From assembly GCA_010093995.1 (NCBI GenBank), contig ML992512.1:575319-639318 (forward strand): a DNA stretch of 64,000 nt, in the 5' to 3' direction. The notes below the pieces were generated by a model. It was not told where the DNA came from. It ran no database searches and saw only the letters and a program-made list of their open reading frames with translations. The translations under genes were made by a program, and so were the position numbers. The DNA comes from Elsinoe ampelina (taxonomy: Eukaryota). This document shows positions 47,523 through 59,800 of this stretch, one piece after another. Positions within the stretch are counted from its first letter, which is position 1. Every line of letters starts with the position of its first letter.

Positions 47523-48536
47523 CTATAATCTTACGCTATATCTATAGCTCTTAAAGTGCGCCTTAGCGTATAGTCTACTATACGAGTAGATAGCTAGCTC
47601 TAAGAAATTAGCGTATTTCTCGTACCTAGTAACTAAATTATAGTATTACTTTACCTACGCCTTTAGTACTAAGAAGAATTACTTAATAGGATTAAAATCT
47701 AGCGAATAGAGCAGTAGGTATTTAAGGTAACTTCTATACTCTTATACTAGCTCCTTTACCTTATTACTCTAGTAAATTAAAGTATTATCTATAACAAAGA
47801 TTATACTAGCTAGAAGCTCTAGTATTATTATATCTATTAGCTAGCTAATAAAGATCTTACTAGTGATTAATCTATAATAGATTAAGGTACTAGGGAGATA
47901 GCTATTAACAGTAATAGCTAGTAATACGCTCTACCTCTTACTATGCTACTTTAGCTAAATATCTATATACTTCTTACTAACGGGCGCCTACCTATACCTC
48001 CTTTACACTATATGCTTATTATAAGCTAACTTATTAACATAAACGATTCTATTAACTAGCTAAAGTATATACCTTTAAGTCTAATTTGCCCTAAGTATTA
48101 TATCTCTTTTAGCTACTACCTTCTTAGCTACCTTTCGAGACTACTACTAGTACTAGATTATATACTAGATTATACTTAAGTACACCTAGTAATTATATAC
48201 CTCCCTTAAGAAGGCTTAAACTTCGTTAAGATAAGTAGTAGAAATGTTATTTAGGTAGGCTATTACCTCCTTAGATAGGTTAGTATAGAAAGAGCTTAGC
48301 TATAAAGGACTTATATCTTCTAAGAAAGAGGTAAAAGTATAAGGGCGTAGTATATAAGCTTTAATAGAAGGATAAGGAGTACTAAAGAACTTAAGGGATA
48401 GTTAAATTTGACAGATTATAGCTCTAGCTACCTTAGTAGTAGCATAAATAGCATAATTAGTATACCCTTTAGCAAGTAAGAACTATATGTCTACTAGTTT
48501 TAATTTGGCTATCTAATAATTAACTATAACAGTCAT
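47523..48536 (-). pseudogene. DD34E Tc1-like transposase (~337 codons), RIP-mutated
   Basis: Single frame from ATG 48536. De-RIPed IVYVDESA, FVMDNASIH, YLPPYSPDFNPIE; 34 codons counted between the second D and the E. Confidence 0.92.
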
Positions 48537-48655
48537 AACCTAATTAGAGTAGTATAGCAACTATTATACCTTTTTTTAGCTTTAATTTATCAGTATTCTC
48601 TATAGACTTCTAGCTAGCCAAATTTGATAACGAGAGGTCGACGCGGAGTACAACA

Positions 48656-48695
48656 CGCCAAGCCCGGGGTGGCTCGGTTGAACTCAAAACGACTG
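48656..48695 (-). repeat. Right TIR of Tc1-like element
   Basis: Exact reverse complement of 38352-38391, followed by TA. Confidence 0.97.
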
Positions 48696-48893
48696 TATAA
48701 CAAAAAGTGGTCAAGGATTGGATATTTTGGCCCAAATGCAGCATCACAGGATCTGCCGGCGCATCATGCTGCTCGTGATGATCACAGGTCCATTCGAGTC
48801 ATGTATCTATCTTCATTGCCCTCAATCGCTACGCTCATGTCATGCCATCTCATTACCTTCCTGTATACTCTGCAAAGCTTGTCTCGGCACTTC

Positions 48894-51800
48894 CTACGCG
48901 CGAAGATAGTCGGCTGCTTCCTTTTGCGACAATCCCAAGACGTTCATAAAGTAGTCCAGCCTAGAATCATTAGTAATGGATACGACTTCACCGAAAGTTA
49001 CACGTACATGACATCGTACTTGACCTTGCGACGGAATTGGTCAAGTTCGGTCTGCGTCTTTTCCCGGACTACTTGCTGTCGTTTGGGATCGATACTTTTG
49101 ACTCGCATTCGAAAGTGTGCAGAGACAGGTCGGTGATCACTTGTGTGCACTTCCCATCGTCGGTAATCGTCACATTTGATACGGCCCAGTCCTCTGAACA
49201 AAACACGATCACACCAGGCGGGCGATCTTTTCTTGTCAGAGGTGTCGTATCTGGTCATGCCGACATCGTACTTGTAAGTGGGTGCAAATGTGATGGGCAT
49301 CTCCTGGAAGAGTCGCAAGCGGAACGCAGGGTTGCGCTTCTTGGAGAGAATGAGCTGGTCTCGCTCCAGCAGTCGTGACAAGTCGTTCTTCTCGACTGCT
49401 CGAACGACCGAGTCTCTTGTCATGGCGTCTATCCGGTAATTAAGATCGCCGTTGAGGATACAGATTTCGTGATCCAGAATCATAGACCCGTCGCCACCAC
49501 CAACGAAGATGTCTGGTGAAGCAACGGATGGTGGTAGATTCTCGCTCTCCATGATACCCGCCACATCGTTGTTGCGATGCATTGTCTGGGTCTGTCCGGC
49601 TGCAAGATGACAATTGATCAAGCAAATTGAGGTGTCATCCAGGATCATGCGAAGTATTAGTGCTCCTTTGTTGCCATGCAGACCACCCATGCCTCGCTTG
49701 ACTTCGGCACCGTTGAATTGTTTGACTCTTGGTCGAAGTGATGTTTTGATGAATACGCAGCTGAAAAGTCCCACCAGATTCGCTGTTTGTAAAAGGGTAT
49801 AAGTAGAAGATGCGGGCATAAATTCGTCAATGCATCGTACGAGGTGGTCCCGCCACGCTCGATATTGATGGCTCATCTTGTCATGATCAGATGAGTCTTT
49901 CTTTTTACTTTTGAAAAAGCTCTTTGCAGTAACTTTCTTGTCTTCGAGGTCTACCAGCTCTTGGAAACCAAAGACCAGAATGTCAGGCGGCGAGTGCAAG
50001 CTCAGATACTCTCGGAAGAAGTTTTCGTCTTCCTGGCTGTTGCGCAGTGCCGTTGGCTTTGATGCTCCGGCATTCCAGGTCAGCACGGAAGCTGAGATTT
50101 CTTCAAAATTGCAGTACTCTTCATCTTTCTTCTGCATGCGGTCTTCGAGCCAGTCTTGTTCCAGCATTCCGTCCCAGATACGCAGGATATTGTCCATGCC
50201 CAGTGTGACCACATTGAATCGATCTAGCTTCCAGATGCTGCTCTGGTCTGCAATGATACCGCATATTGGCTCGCTGTGTGCCCGCCAGTCTTTCTTGACG
50301 GTCCACGGCGTCGTGCTGGTGTCGTACACGAACGCCATCCCAGTGCTGTAACCGGCCCACAGCAAGTTGCCCACGCCAGTCATTGCGTTGATCTTGTACA
50401 CACTGACGTTGAAGACGCCAATGAGAGAATAGTCTTTCTTGTTGTACACTGAAACTTTCCCGTCCGTGTGACCAAAGTAGACTGCATTTGGCTGACTGCT
50501 GATCTTGGCTGCGCAGGTAATGTCACCTGTGCCTTCCTGGAACAGTGGTCGAGTGAGTACCGAGAAGCCGCTGTCGGAGCTTGCAACAAGATTGTACACG
50601 TAGATGTATTTTCCTACCGCCATCCACAGGCAGTTCCCGACTACGATAGACGCCGAGTGGCCTCGAGTGACTCTAAACGCCTGAGGCGTGACATCTAGGC
50701 TCGCGACACTGTCCGGCGAATTGTTCTTCCAGTTCAGCAATTTCCCGTCATCGTCCAGAGACCACAAAGCTGAAGCGTGCCTGAAGATACTCACAATCTC
50801 ACCTCTGGCATGTGCTGCATGTCTGGTATTCACTATGTGACGGCTTGGAATGTCAAACTGATGAATGTCTCCCATGTTGGTGCCGAGCCACAGTCGCTGA
50901 CCTTCACCAAGTGGATTTTTCGCTGGGATCCAGGCCATCGACGTAACCTTGATGCCTTCCCCGAGAGCTTGGGTCGTAATTGATTCGCCGGTCTTGATGC
51001 TCCATATGCGTATGTGATATCCGCCGGTGCAAATGTATTCACCGCAAGCAGTGAACAGTTTGGTGTCATAGCCCACGCCAAGCTCCCACGGACGGTGCTG
51101 ATACCTTGGTGGTCGACGGTTGGCTTGCGAAGCGTCTGGAAAATCTGACAGCCCAGCAGTACCTGTACTAGGCAAATCCTCGACATCATCTGCACGAATG
51201 CCAGATGCTCCTTCGGCTCCTAGTATTCTCTGTTGGCGGTCCATTGAAGGCCTCTCGAGTGATCTTCTGGTCTCCATGGAGCGTCTTGGAGCGGGGACTG
51301 CAGGTGGTGCTGACTTGCCAATTGCTGCGTCGGGCTGAAGCCTGACTGTCACAGCCACCGCACCATTCGTCCGATGAGCACTCTTTGGTTGTGCTGGAGC
51401 TGACTCGGATCTCGTTGCTGTCTCATCAATTGACGTCCGAGCTGGTATGCGTTGCAACTTGGACGGACTATTTCGGCCGGACAGTGTCTGACGGAATCCA
51501 TGACTGGAACTTGCACGCTTGTCTTGAGCTCCGTCATGACTCATGTTCTCGTCTAGCTTGTCAGCTGGTAAAGACGGTGTCCTTTCGAATTTTCGTGGTG
51601 GCTGCAGATCAAATTGGCGTTGTGCTGGTCCATCTGACCTTGCCAGCGGCACAAAATATGATCGAGCAGCTGCAAACGCCGGGACAGTCGACCGTGCCTT
51701 TCTGTGGTCTTCTAATCTGGTCGGTGAGCCTTGCTCGTGTGGCGTACTCTCGGAACTACTAGGCGGGGTACTGAACGGCGAGATTGCTTTATCTGACTTC

Positions 51801-52477
51801 AGGTCCAGAGTCATCGGCTCGGCTTGGGGCGTGCTGCCGGTAGATGAGCTTGGAATGTTTGGCTTCCCGGCGCGATTGACAGGTGGCGGACCGCTGGCGC
51901 CAAATTTTGGACTTCTTTGTACAGTAGGAGAGAGCATTGGAGCGTGAAGGTTCTCGGCAGAAGTGGCGGCACTCGAAATGGATCCGCGGGCAGGGAGAGG
52001 CGGTTGGAACGTATGCACAATCGTCTTTGGAGACACATTCTGCTGCGTTCGCTGTGTTTGCTGGATGGTATGTATAGACCGAGTTGGACTTTGCGATCCA
52101 GTCGACGTGGCTTGCCCCTTTGGTGGAGATTTTGGAGAATTGACTGTAACTCGAGGAGGGGATACCTGGCGGGAGGGAAGTTGGCCTATCGAAAGTGGTC
52201 GCTGCTGTCGTGTTGGTGTGTGTCGAGGTTCTGCGATACTCCCGTCGCTGATCCCTAGACCATTTGAGGCCTGAAAGGCTGGCCGCGGCAAGTCCAAGGA
52301 CATGCGAACAGGTCCTCCTGCTGGAACATCGCGAATTTGTGGAGGAAGCGGAGATTTGACGGTGGATGGAGTCTGTGACGGTTTGCGCTGGTGGCCGAGA
52401 TTCTCAAACTTGGAGCGAAGAGACGAGACGGGCTTGATGGAGCTGTCGTCTGTCCCTTTGCCCTGCTCCTCGACCAT
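48894..52477 (-). CDS. Inositol polyphosphate 5-phosphatase with Pro/Ser-rich N-terminus and WD40-like propeller, 2 exons
   Basis: TWNAG, FGFQELVDL, GNKGA, NCHLAAG, GDLNYRI, PTYKYD, PAWCDRVL, SDHRPV. Terminal intron (~49008-48961), then LDYFMNVLGL..*. Confidence 0.94.
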
Positions 52478-53069
52478 GATGGTCAACAAGTGCGGCGGGA
52501 CTACCTCCGCGTGTGTCTGGCCTCTGACTCGGGGCGCCTTTGTTCCATTCCACGATTCTTTCACGTCCTAGGATCAGATGATAGGTAGAGAGGGGATTGT
52601 CGAGGTAGAATCAAGGTAGGAAGCGAGCGACTGGATATTTGCAGGACCGAGGGCGCTGCAAGACTTGGGTGACGACTGCGGTGCGTGCTTGGAGGGGTTG
52701 CGCGTCAAGTTGAGCGTCTCGTGTAGAGAGAGTAACCAGGGCTGCAGGATCGATGACAGGACATGTGAAGGTTGATGTTGAGGCTATGCTTGATTGTCGC
52801 GTTGCCGATCTCAGAGGGCAGCTGTGACCACATAAACAAATGTCAAACTATTACTACCCCACGAGTGCCTGGCGGCGTCGTCTTTTCTCGGCATGCATGA
52901 TTCTCACCTGCATATCGCGAACTTCGGGCCATCTTGCCGAAAATCGCTGAAACAGAATTGGTCTTGGCACAGGGCACGCCGCACGCGGCTGATCGCATCT
53001 CTTGCTCTCCACTTTCCAACGAACGCGTTTGGGAGGGGCCTTCAGATTCACACAACTTTGCTACGCACA

Positions 53070-53488
53070 ATGTGGTGAGTCCCCATCTCGAAATACTATC
53101 AGGGAAGTCGCTCACGATACCCAGCAAACACGTCCTCAATGCTCAGGTGGCTATTCGCAGCCCCTGCTGCCGTAAATGGTTCGACTGTGCGGAATGTCAC
53201 GCGGAGCAAGAGACGCACATGCTCAAGCAGACCATGGAAATGACTTTCGCCTGCAAGAAGTGCAAGAAGGCCTTCCGCAAGGACATGAACGAGTTCGAAG
53301 ACAGCGACGAGTATTGCCCGCACTGCGACAATCATTTTGTTCTGGAAGCGGTAGAGCCACAAGCGAGACTGGAGGTCGAGGGAGAGGATGTGAGGAAGGA
53401 CGCTCGCATGCTCAAGGACGATCGTGTGAAGGGCGAAGAAAGACAGAACATCTGGAATTTGAAGGAGGCCAGCGAGCGTCTAGGTTGA
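53070..53488 (+). CDS. CHY-type zinc finger protein, 2 exons
   Basis: ATGTG|GTGAGT..CAG|C gives MCKHVLNAQVAIRSPCCRKWFDCAECH...CKKC...CPHC. Confidence 0.92.
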
Positions 53489-53661
53489 GCACGGGAAACA
53501 TCACGACATAACGAGCAACGAGGAGAATTGGTTGGGTGCAATGGGGTGAGAGAGAGCTCAGGCTGCCTCTATCGTAGCTGTTAGCAAGGCCGATCGCTTC
53601 GGACACACCACAGCGCGGGATGCGCACTCCCATGCAAGCTTCCTCGAATCCGCCATCCACT

Positions 53662-54605
53662 CTACTCCGGCGGCGCTCCTGAACCTTCACCAGCAGGACG
53701 TGCTGCCAATACTGCCTCCGCTCCCGGCGCCGAAGCACCAGCCGTGCCTGGCTGGCCTGCCCTGCGTCCCGGTCTCTTGGTCTCCTCTTCCTGCTTTTCA
53801 CTGTTGATGCTCTCCACGAACTTCTCGATATCCTCAACCTTGAGCATCTCCAATGACTTGCCGGGCTCCATGACCGCGATCTCAATGTTCTTGGCTCCAG
53901 TCTGCACCACCTCCAGAAGCGATTTGATGGTCAGCTTGATAGTCTCGTCGCGATCCATGTCTGGCTTGTGGTTTCTCTCCAGGAATTCGCGGACCGTCTT
54001 GGAGGATCGACCGATGGCATTCGCTTTCCTGAACTATGTGTTAGCGAGATTCTCCGACAGCAAGTCGAAGAGCTTACCAAGCTTGATAGATACCGCTGGG
54101 CTCGGTTTGGTAGAGTCGCGCCTCCTTCGTACCAGGGTCGAATCCAATGACCAGTGTGCTGATGCCAAATGGTCGTACTCCTCCAGCTTGTGTGTATCTT
54201 TGCTGTACTCCTGCAATGTACTTTGTGATGTACTCAATCGTGACCGGATCCTCCACAGTCAGACGATGACTCTGCGCCTCAAGTCGTGCCTTGTCCACTA
54301 ATATCCGGGCGTCCGCGTTGAGTCCCGCAAAGGCGAGGCATGCGTGCGTATCGACGAGTGAGATCTTTGATGGAGTGATGCGGGTATCTTGGAGCTTCAT
54401 GGCCGACTTCTTCTCGCAGCCCAAAACGACAATCTCATGACCCTTGACGCCGACTGCGCAGGTACCACGCTTCACCGCCTCCAATGCATATTCGACCTGG
54501 AAGACGTGTCCATCGGGACTGAAGACTGTATACGAGTTAGAGCTTGGCTGGATATGTTGATGAATGTCAAGTACCAGAAAGGGCACGGTCGTAGCCGCTC
54601 GCCAT
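53662..54605 (-). CDS. PRE6: 20S proteasome subunit alpha 4, 3 exons
   Basis: [74 protein letters not shown]. Confidence 0.96.
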
Positions 54606-54957
54606 GGTGAAGGAAGCTCCTGCTCGATGAAGAAATTTGAAGGGCTGTCAATGTGAAATGTCTGTCACGGAAATGAAACGTGCAGTCGAAAGTAAGATAG
54701 GGAAGAGTTGAGGTGATGGAGTTGACAGGTACAAAGTATAGAGCTCCAGCTCCAGGCGCAAAGTGAACGCGCAGTTCGACAAGCCATGCGGCTCTGCTGG
54801 ATGTGGCTCTGTTCGCTGAATCCCGAGATCGCTCCAACCTGTTTCTTCGACATCATTTCTCCCCCGTCTTCTCCTCTTTCACTCAATTGCATTGTAATCG
54901 CTGGTCTCGCATTCTGTACGAGTCTGTCATATACGCTTGGTACCTTTTAACATCATC

Positions 54958-56680
54958 ATGCAGCCACTTCGCCGCACGGCGCCATTCTTACGACGATTCC
55001 GTTCATCTCGCCCTTCCACATTTTGCCCCACATCACGGATAGCACATTCACGATCACAGTCGACACAAGCAGCAACAACGTCAGCAACCTCGGAACCTTT
55101 CCAGCCAGATCCAGATTCAGGAGTCAAGGGATCAGGAGCAGAAGCGCCCAAGATCAAATACACCGTCGACTCATATCCAAAGCTCAAGCGGGACTCTCGA
55201 TTCAAGCAATTAGATGCCGAGGATGTCAATTACTTCCGGGACTTACTAGGGTCCGAACAAGCAGTGCTGGACGGCGTGACGAAAGAGAATGCGGATCTTG
55301 AAGGCTATAATGCAGACTGGATGCGGAAGTTCCGTGGCAAGTCGCAACTCGTCCTCTCCCCGAACAGCACAGAGCAAGTGAGCAAGATCCTCAAATACTG
55401 CAACCAGAAACTCCTCGCAGTCGTACCACAGGGCGGCAACACAGGCTTGGTGGGCGGCTCCGTCCCCGTCTTCGACGAGATCGTCCTCTCTCTCAACCGC
55501 ATGAACAAGATCCGCTCCTTCGACGACATCTCCGGAATCTTCGTGTGCGACGCCGGCGTCATCCTTGAGAACGCCGACAACTTCCTCCGCGAGAAAGGCA
55601 ACATCTTCCCCCTCGACCTCGGCGCCAAAGGCTCCTGCCACGTAGGAGGCAATGTCGCCACCAACGCCGGCGGCCTTCGCCTCCTCCGCTACGGCTCCCT
55701 CCACGGCAACGTCCTCGGCATCGAAGCCGTCCTTCCCGACGGCACCATCGTCGACGACCTCTCCAAGCTCCGCAAAAACAACACCGGCTACGACCTCAAA
55801 CACCTCTTCATCGGCGGCGAAGGCACCATCGGCGTCATCACCGCCATCTCCATCCTCTGCCCCCAACGCAGCGAAGCCATCAACGTCGCCTACTTCGGCC
55901 TCTCCTCGTACGACAAAGTCCAACGCGCCTTCCGCGAAGCCAAGAAAAAACTCGGCGAGATCCTCTCCGCCTTCGAACTCATGGACGGCTCAAGCCAACG
56001 CCTGTTCAGTACCGTGTCGGGCACCAAACTCCCGCTCGAAGGCGAACACCCCTTTTACGTCCTCATCGAAACCGCGGGCTCCAACGGCGAGCACGACAGC
56101 GAAAAACTCGAAGCCTTCCTCGAGCACGTCATGAGCGAAGCAATCGTCGACGACGGCGTAGTCGCGCAGGACGGCGCACAGCAAGGCCAACTCTGGCGCT
56201 GCAGGGAAGGCGTCACGGAAACCCTCGGCCACTGGGGCGGGGTCTACAAGTACGATCTCTCCATCCCGATCGCGCAACTCTACGATCTGGTCACGGAGAT
56301 GAAGCAGCGGATGGCAGACCGCGATCTGATCGGCGAGGGGAAACCGGTCGTCGACGTGGTGGGGTACGGCCATATGGGAGACGGGAATCTGCATCTGAAT
56401 ATCGCGACGCGCAAGTGGGATAAGGAGGTGGAGAAGGTGATTGAGCCGTTTGTGTATGAGTGGGTGGGCGAGCGGAATGGGAGTATCAGTGCGGAACATG
56501 GGTTGGGGTTGGCGAAGAAGGATTATGTCGGGTATAGTAAGAGTGGGACTATGCTCAGGTTGATCAAGCAGTTGAAGGATTTGTATGATCCGGTGAGTTG
56601 TCCATCATTTATCATTGGAGGGTATGGGGATGTGCTGACAGGGATAGAATGGGATTATGAATCCGTACAAGTATATCTAG
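54958..56680 (+). CDS. DLD2: Mitochondrial FAD-linked D-lactate/D-2-hydroxyglutarate dehydrogenase, 2 exons
   Basis: Arg/Ser-rich presequence; PQGGNTGLVGGSVP, KLRKNNTGYDLK, GHMGDGNLH, SAEHGLG. Intron 56593-56647, then NGIMNPYKYI*. Confidence 0.94.
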
Positions 56681-56893
56681 ACGGCGATCAAGGAGGGGAA
56701 TGAAGGGAGACGTGGACGCCTATGGAGGACTGTACATAGGTTGTATATATGAACGGACATGATAGCAAGGCACATTGACGAGGGCAAATGCCAAAAGGTT
56801 ACAAAGTCTATCGAGGAGACAGGTACTGCTCTATCTGTTATACTAGGACCGATATTACGCTATGCTGAAGAGAATGATTTCTGCGGTCCATGC

Positions 56894-59800
56894 TCACAGA
56901 ACGCAGAGGCCCAAAGCGTCGATCCTCCCTGCGCAGCTCGTGGTTGATGTCGTGGTGGAGCTGCTCCGCGTGCTTGAGAAGGACGTGACTAATGTGCTTG
57001 AGGACAATGTCGTGAGAGTGTTCGAGGATGATGTTGCCGAAGCGGTTGAGGAGGTCGGACGGCTGCTTGAGGTTGTAGAAGGGGGTGATGACGACGATGA
57101 AGAGGTCGATGTAGTCGTTGTAGTGGCTGTCGTCAAAGTCGTTGAAGTGAGAGGAATTGTGGATGATAACGTTGACGAGAAGCTGGATGAGCTTGTTGTA
57201 GTCGTTGTTGTCGTGGCCGTGGTAGGTGGGATAGAGAAAGAGGAGGGTGAGGAGGTAGTCGAGGTGGTCGTGGTTATTGCCAAGGTCGTCGAGACCGAGA
57301 GAGGTAAAGATGCTGATGTCGAAGAGAGGCTAGGTGGGCTTGTTGTAGTCGTTGTTGTTGTTGTTGTTGTTGTCGTAGTAGGTGGAATAGGGGCAGAGGA
57401 GGAAGACGAGGAAGACGAAGATGAAACAGATGAAAAGGATGAAGAGGTGGTCGAGGTGGTTGTGGTTGTGGTCGTTGTTAAGGTCGTCGAGACAGAAAGA
57501 GGTAAGGACGCTAATGTGGAGGAGGGACTGGTTGTGCTTGTTGCACTTGTTGTGGTTGTGGTTGTGGTTGTGGTAGGTGAGACTGGGGAAGATGAAGAAG
57601 ATGAGGTGGTTGATGTGGTCGTAGTGGTCGTGGTCGTCAAGGTCGTCAAGATAGGGCTTGAAAGGGTTGAGGAAGAAGATGAGCTTGTTATGGTTGTTGT
57701 AGTGGTTGTAGTGGGCGGAAGCGATGGAGAGGGGGAGGAAGAAGTGGATGTACTGGAAGAAAAGGAACCAGATGAAAACGTCGAAATGACAGATGACGAG
57801 CTTAATAAGGTTATGGTTGTTGTCGTTGTCAAGGCTAATGAGTTGGGGGCCGAAGAAGTTGAGGAAGTCGGTGTGCTTAGCGTGGCAGTTGTAGTGGTTG
57901 TAGTCAGCGAGTTTGACGGAGGGAAGGAGGAAGGGGAGCCGGAAAACGAAGTCGAAGTGATGGATGATGAGATTAAAGTAGTTGTAGTTGTTGTAGTCTC
58001 TGATAGTGTTGAGACAGGAGGCAAAGAATTCGAGAAAGTTGGGGGACTTGTCACGGTTGTTGTAGTTGCCGTAGCTAGCGAGGGTAGGGACGAGGAAGTA
58101 GAGGAGATTCCAGACGAGGAGGAAGACGATGACGAAGTCAAAAGAACGGATGAGGAAATCGAAGTGCTCGAGGTTGTAGAAGTTGTCAAGATAGTCGAGG
58201 CAGGTGGCGAAGAGTTTGAGGAAGTCGACGAAGAGGAAGATGTGCTTGCTGCACTTGTCTCGGTGATTGATGGTATGGAGAGCGAGAGAGACGAAGAGGA
58301 TGGAGTTGTCAAGATAGGAGCTGGACTACCCGAGGATATTGTCGTACTCGTTGTGGTTGTCGTCGTGGTTGTAGCAGATGAGGACGAGAGTATAAGGGTT
58401 GGAAAGGACGAGCTAGAAGATGACGATGTGCTCGGTATGGTTGTGCTTGACGATACACTTGAAGATGTGCTTGAAGATGTGCTTGAAGATGTGCTNNNNN
58501 NNNNNNNNNNNNNNNNNNNNNNNNNNNNNNNNNNNNNNNNNNNNNNNNNNNNNNNNNNNNNNNNNNNNNNNNNNNNNNNNNNNNNNNNNNNNNNNNNNNN
58601 NNNNNNNNNNNNNNNNNNNNCTTGAAGATGTGCTTGAAGATGTGCTTGAAGATGTGCTCGTGGTCGTCGGACTAGTGTTTGTGATGGGCGGCAAAGAAGA
58701 CGATAAGGATGAGATCGAGGATAGAGAGGGAGAGATCGAAACCGAGATCGAAGAGGTAGATGTAGAAAGAGAGGATAGGGATGAGAGAGAAGAGTCGGTT
58801 GAAGATGAAAGGACCGATAGAGATGACGTGGTGACTGAGGTCGTTAGACTAGTCAAGGTGGCGCTCGACGATGAAGCAGAGATGGAGGCCAATATGGAAG
58901 TGCTTAAGCTTGAAGTAGACATAGATGGCGTTTCTGTGGAAGAGGAAAGTAAGGTAGACGGTGAGGAAGCAGCCGCAGAGCTCGTTGCGGTGGCGGTCGT
59001 AGTTTTCGTCTCATCTGTGAAGGTCGAAGAGAACGACGGACTTTGTGCGCCCATAGAAGCGCTCGAAGAACTGCTCGAGTCACTACTGAAGGGGACGCTC
59101 GAAGTTCTGCTGGAGAGGCTGCTAGAGATAGTGCTGAACAAAGGCGTCGAAGTAGTGCGAGAGATACTGCTCGAAGCACTACCTGCTGTGCTGGCGGAGG
59201 TATCGCTGCTCAACACATCACTGCTTGAGGAACTGCTGCTCGATTGACTGCTGCTTGATGAACTGCTGCTCGATGGACGGTCACTTGACAAACTGCTGCT
59301 CGGGGGAGCGCTGCCTGACAGAGTGCTTGAGAGAGCATTGCTGGGCGATTCGCTAGTTGAAGGGTGGCTGCTTGAAAGATCGTTGGCCGATAGACTGCTG
59401 CTAGACAGATTGCTGCTCGACAACACGTCACTGGGCGAGACACCGCTCGACAGAATGCTGCTTAATGGACCGCTGCTTGAATTACTGCTACTTGATTGAC
59501 TGCTGGTAGAGGGACGGACGCTGGCCGAACTGCTGCTCCAAGTACCTTCACTCGAAGTACTGCTGCTCGAAGGACTGCTAGTCAACGGACTGTTGCTTGA
59601 CAGACTACTGCTCGAAGTGCTGCTGCTTGACTGATCGCTTGGAAAGCCGTTCGAACAGGCGGACGTGCTTGAGGTAGTTGCGGTCGTTGTTCCAGGAGAT
59701 GGCGATAGAGAGGTGAATGAAGGTACGGACGGATCCAATGCTGCTGTTGAGATCGTAGTCTTCAAAGACGCCAAGGTCGAAGAGGTAGGAGGACTTGATG

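Larger units (their letters stand above)
38352..48695 (-). mobile_element. Tc1/IS630-like (DD34E) DNA transposon, ~3.4 kb without the nested gypsy, RIP-inactivated
   Basis: Perfect 40-bp TIRs CAGTCGTTTTGAGTTCAACCGAGCCACCCCGGGCTTGGCG; TA target duplication at 38350-38351 and 48696-48697; transposase remnant inside. Confidence 0.95.

Noticed and set aside
48624..49136. ORFs sharing the peptide AKPGVARLNSKRLY (also 38106-38402)
   Set aside because: These are translations of the two TIRs, not duplicated genes.
58413..58495. Apparent frameshift/stop in the mucin ORF (HIFKHIFK...)
   Set aside because: Artefact of the arbitrary N-gap length inside a 12-bp tandem repeat.
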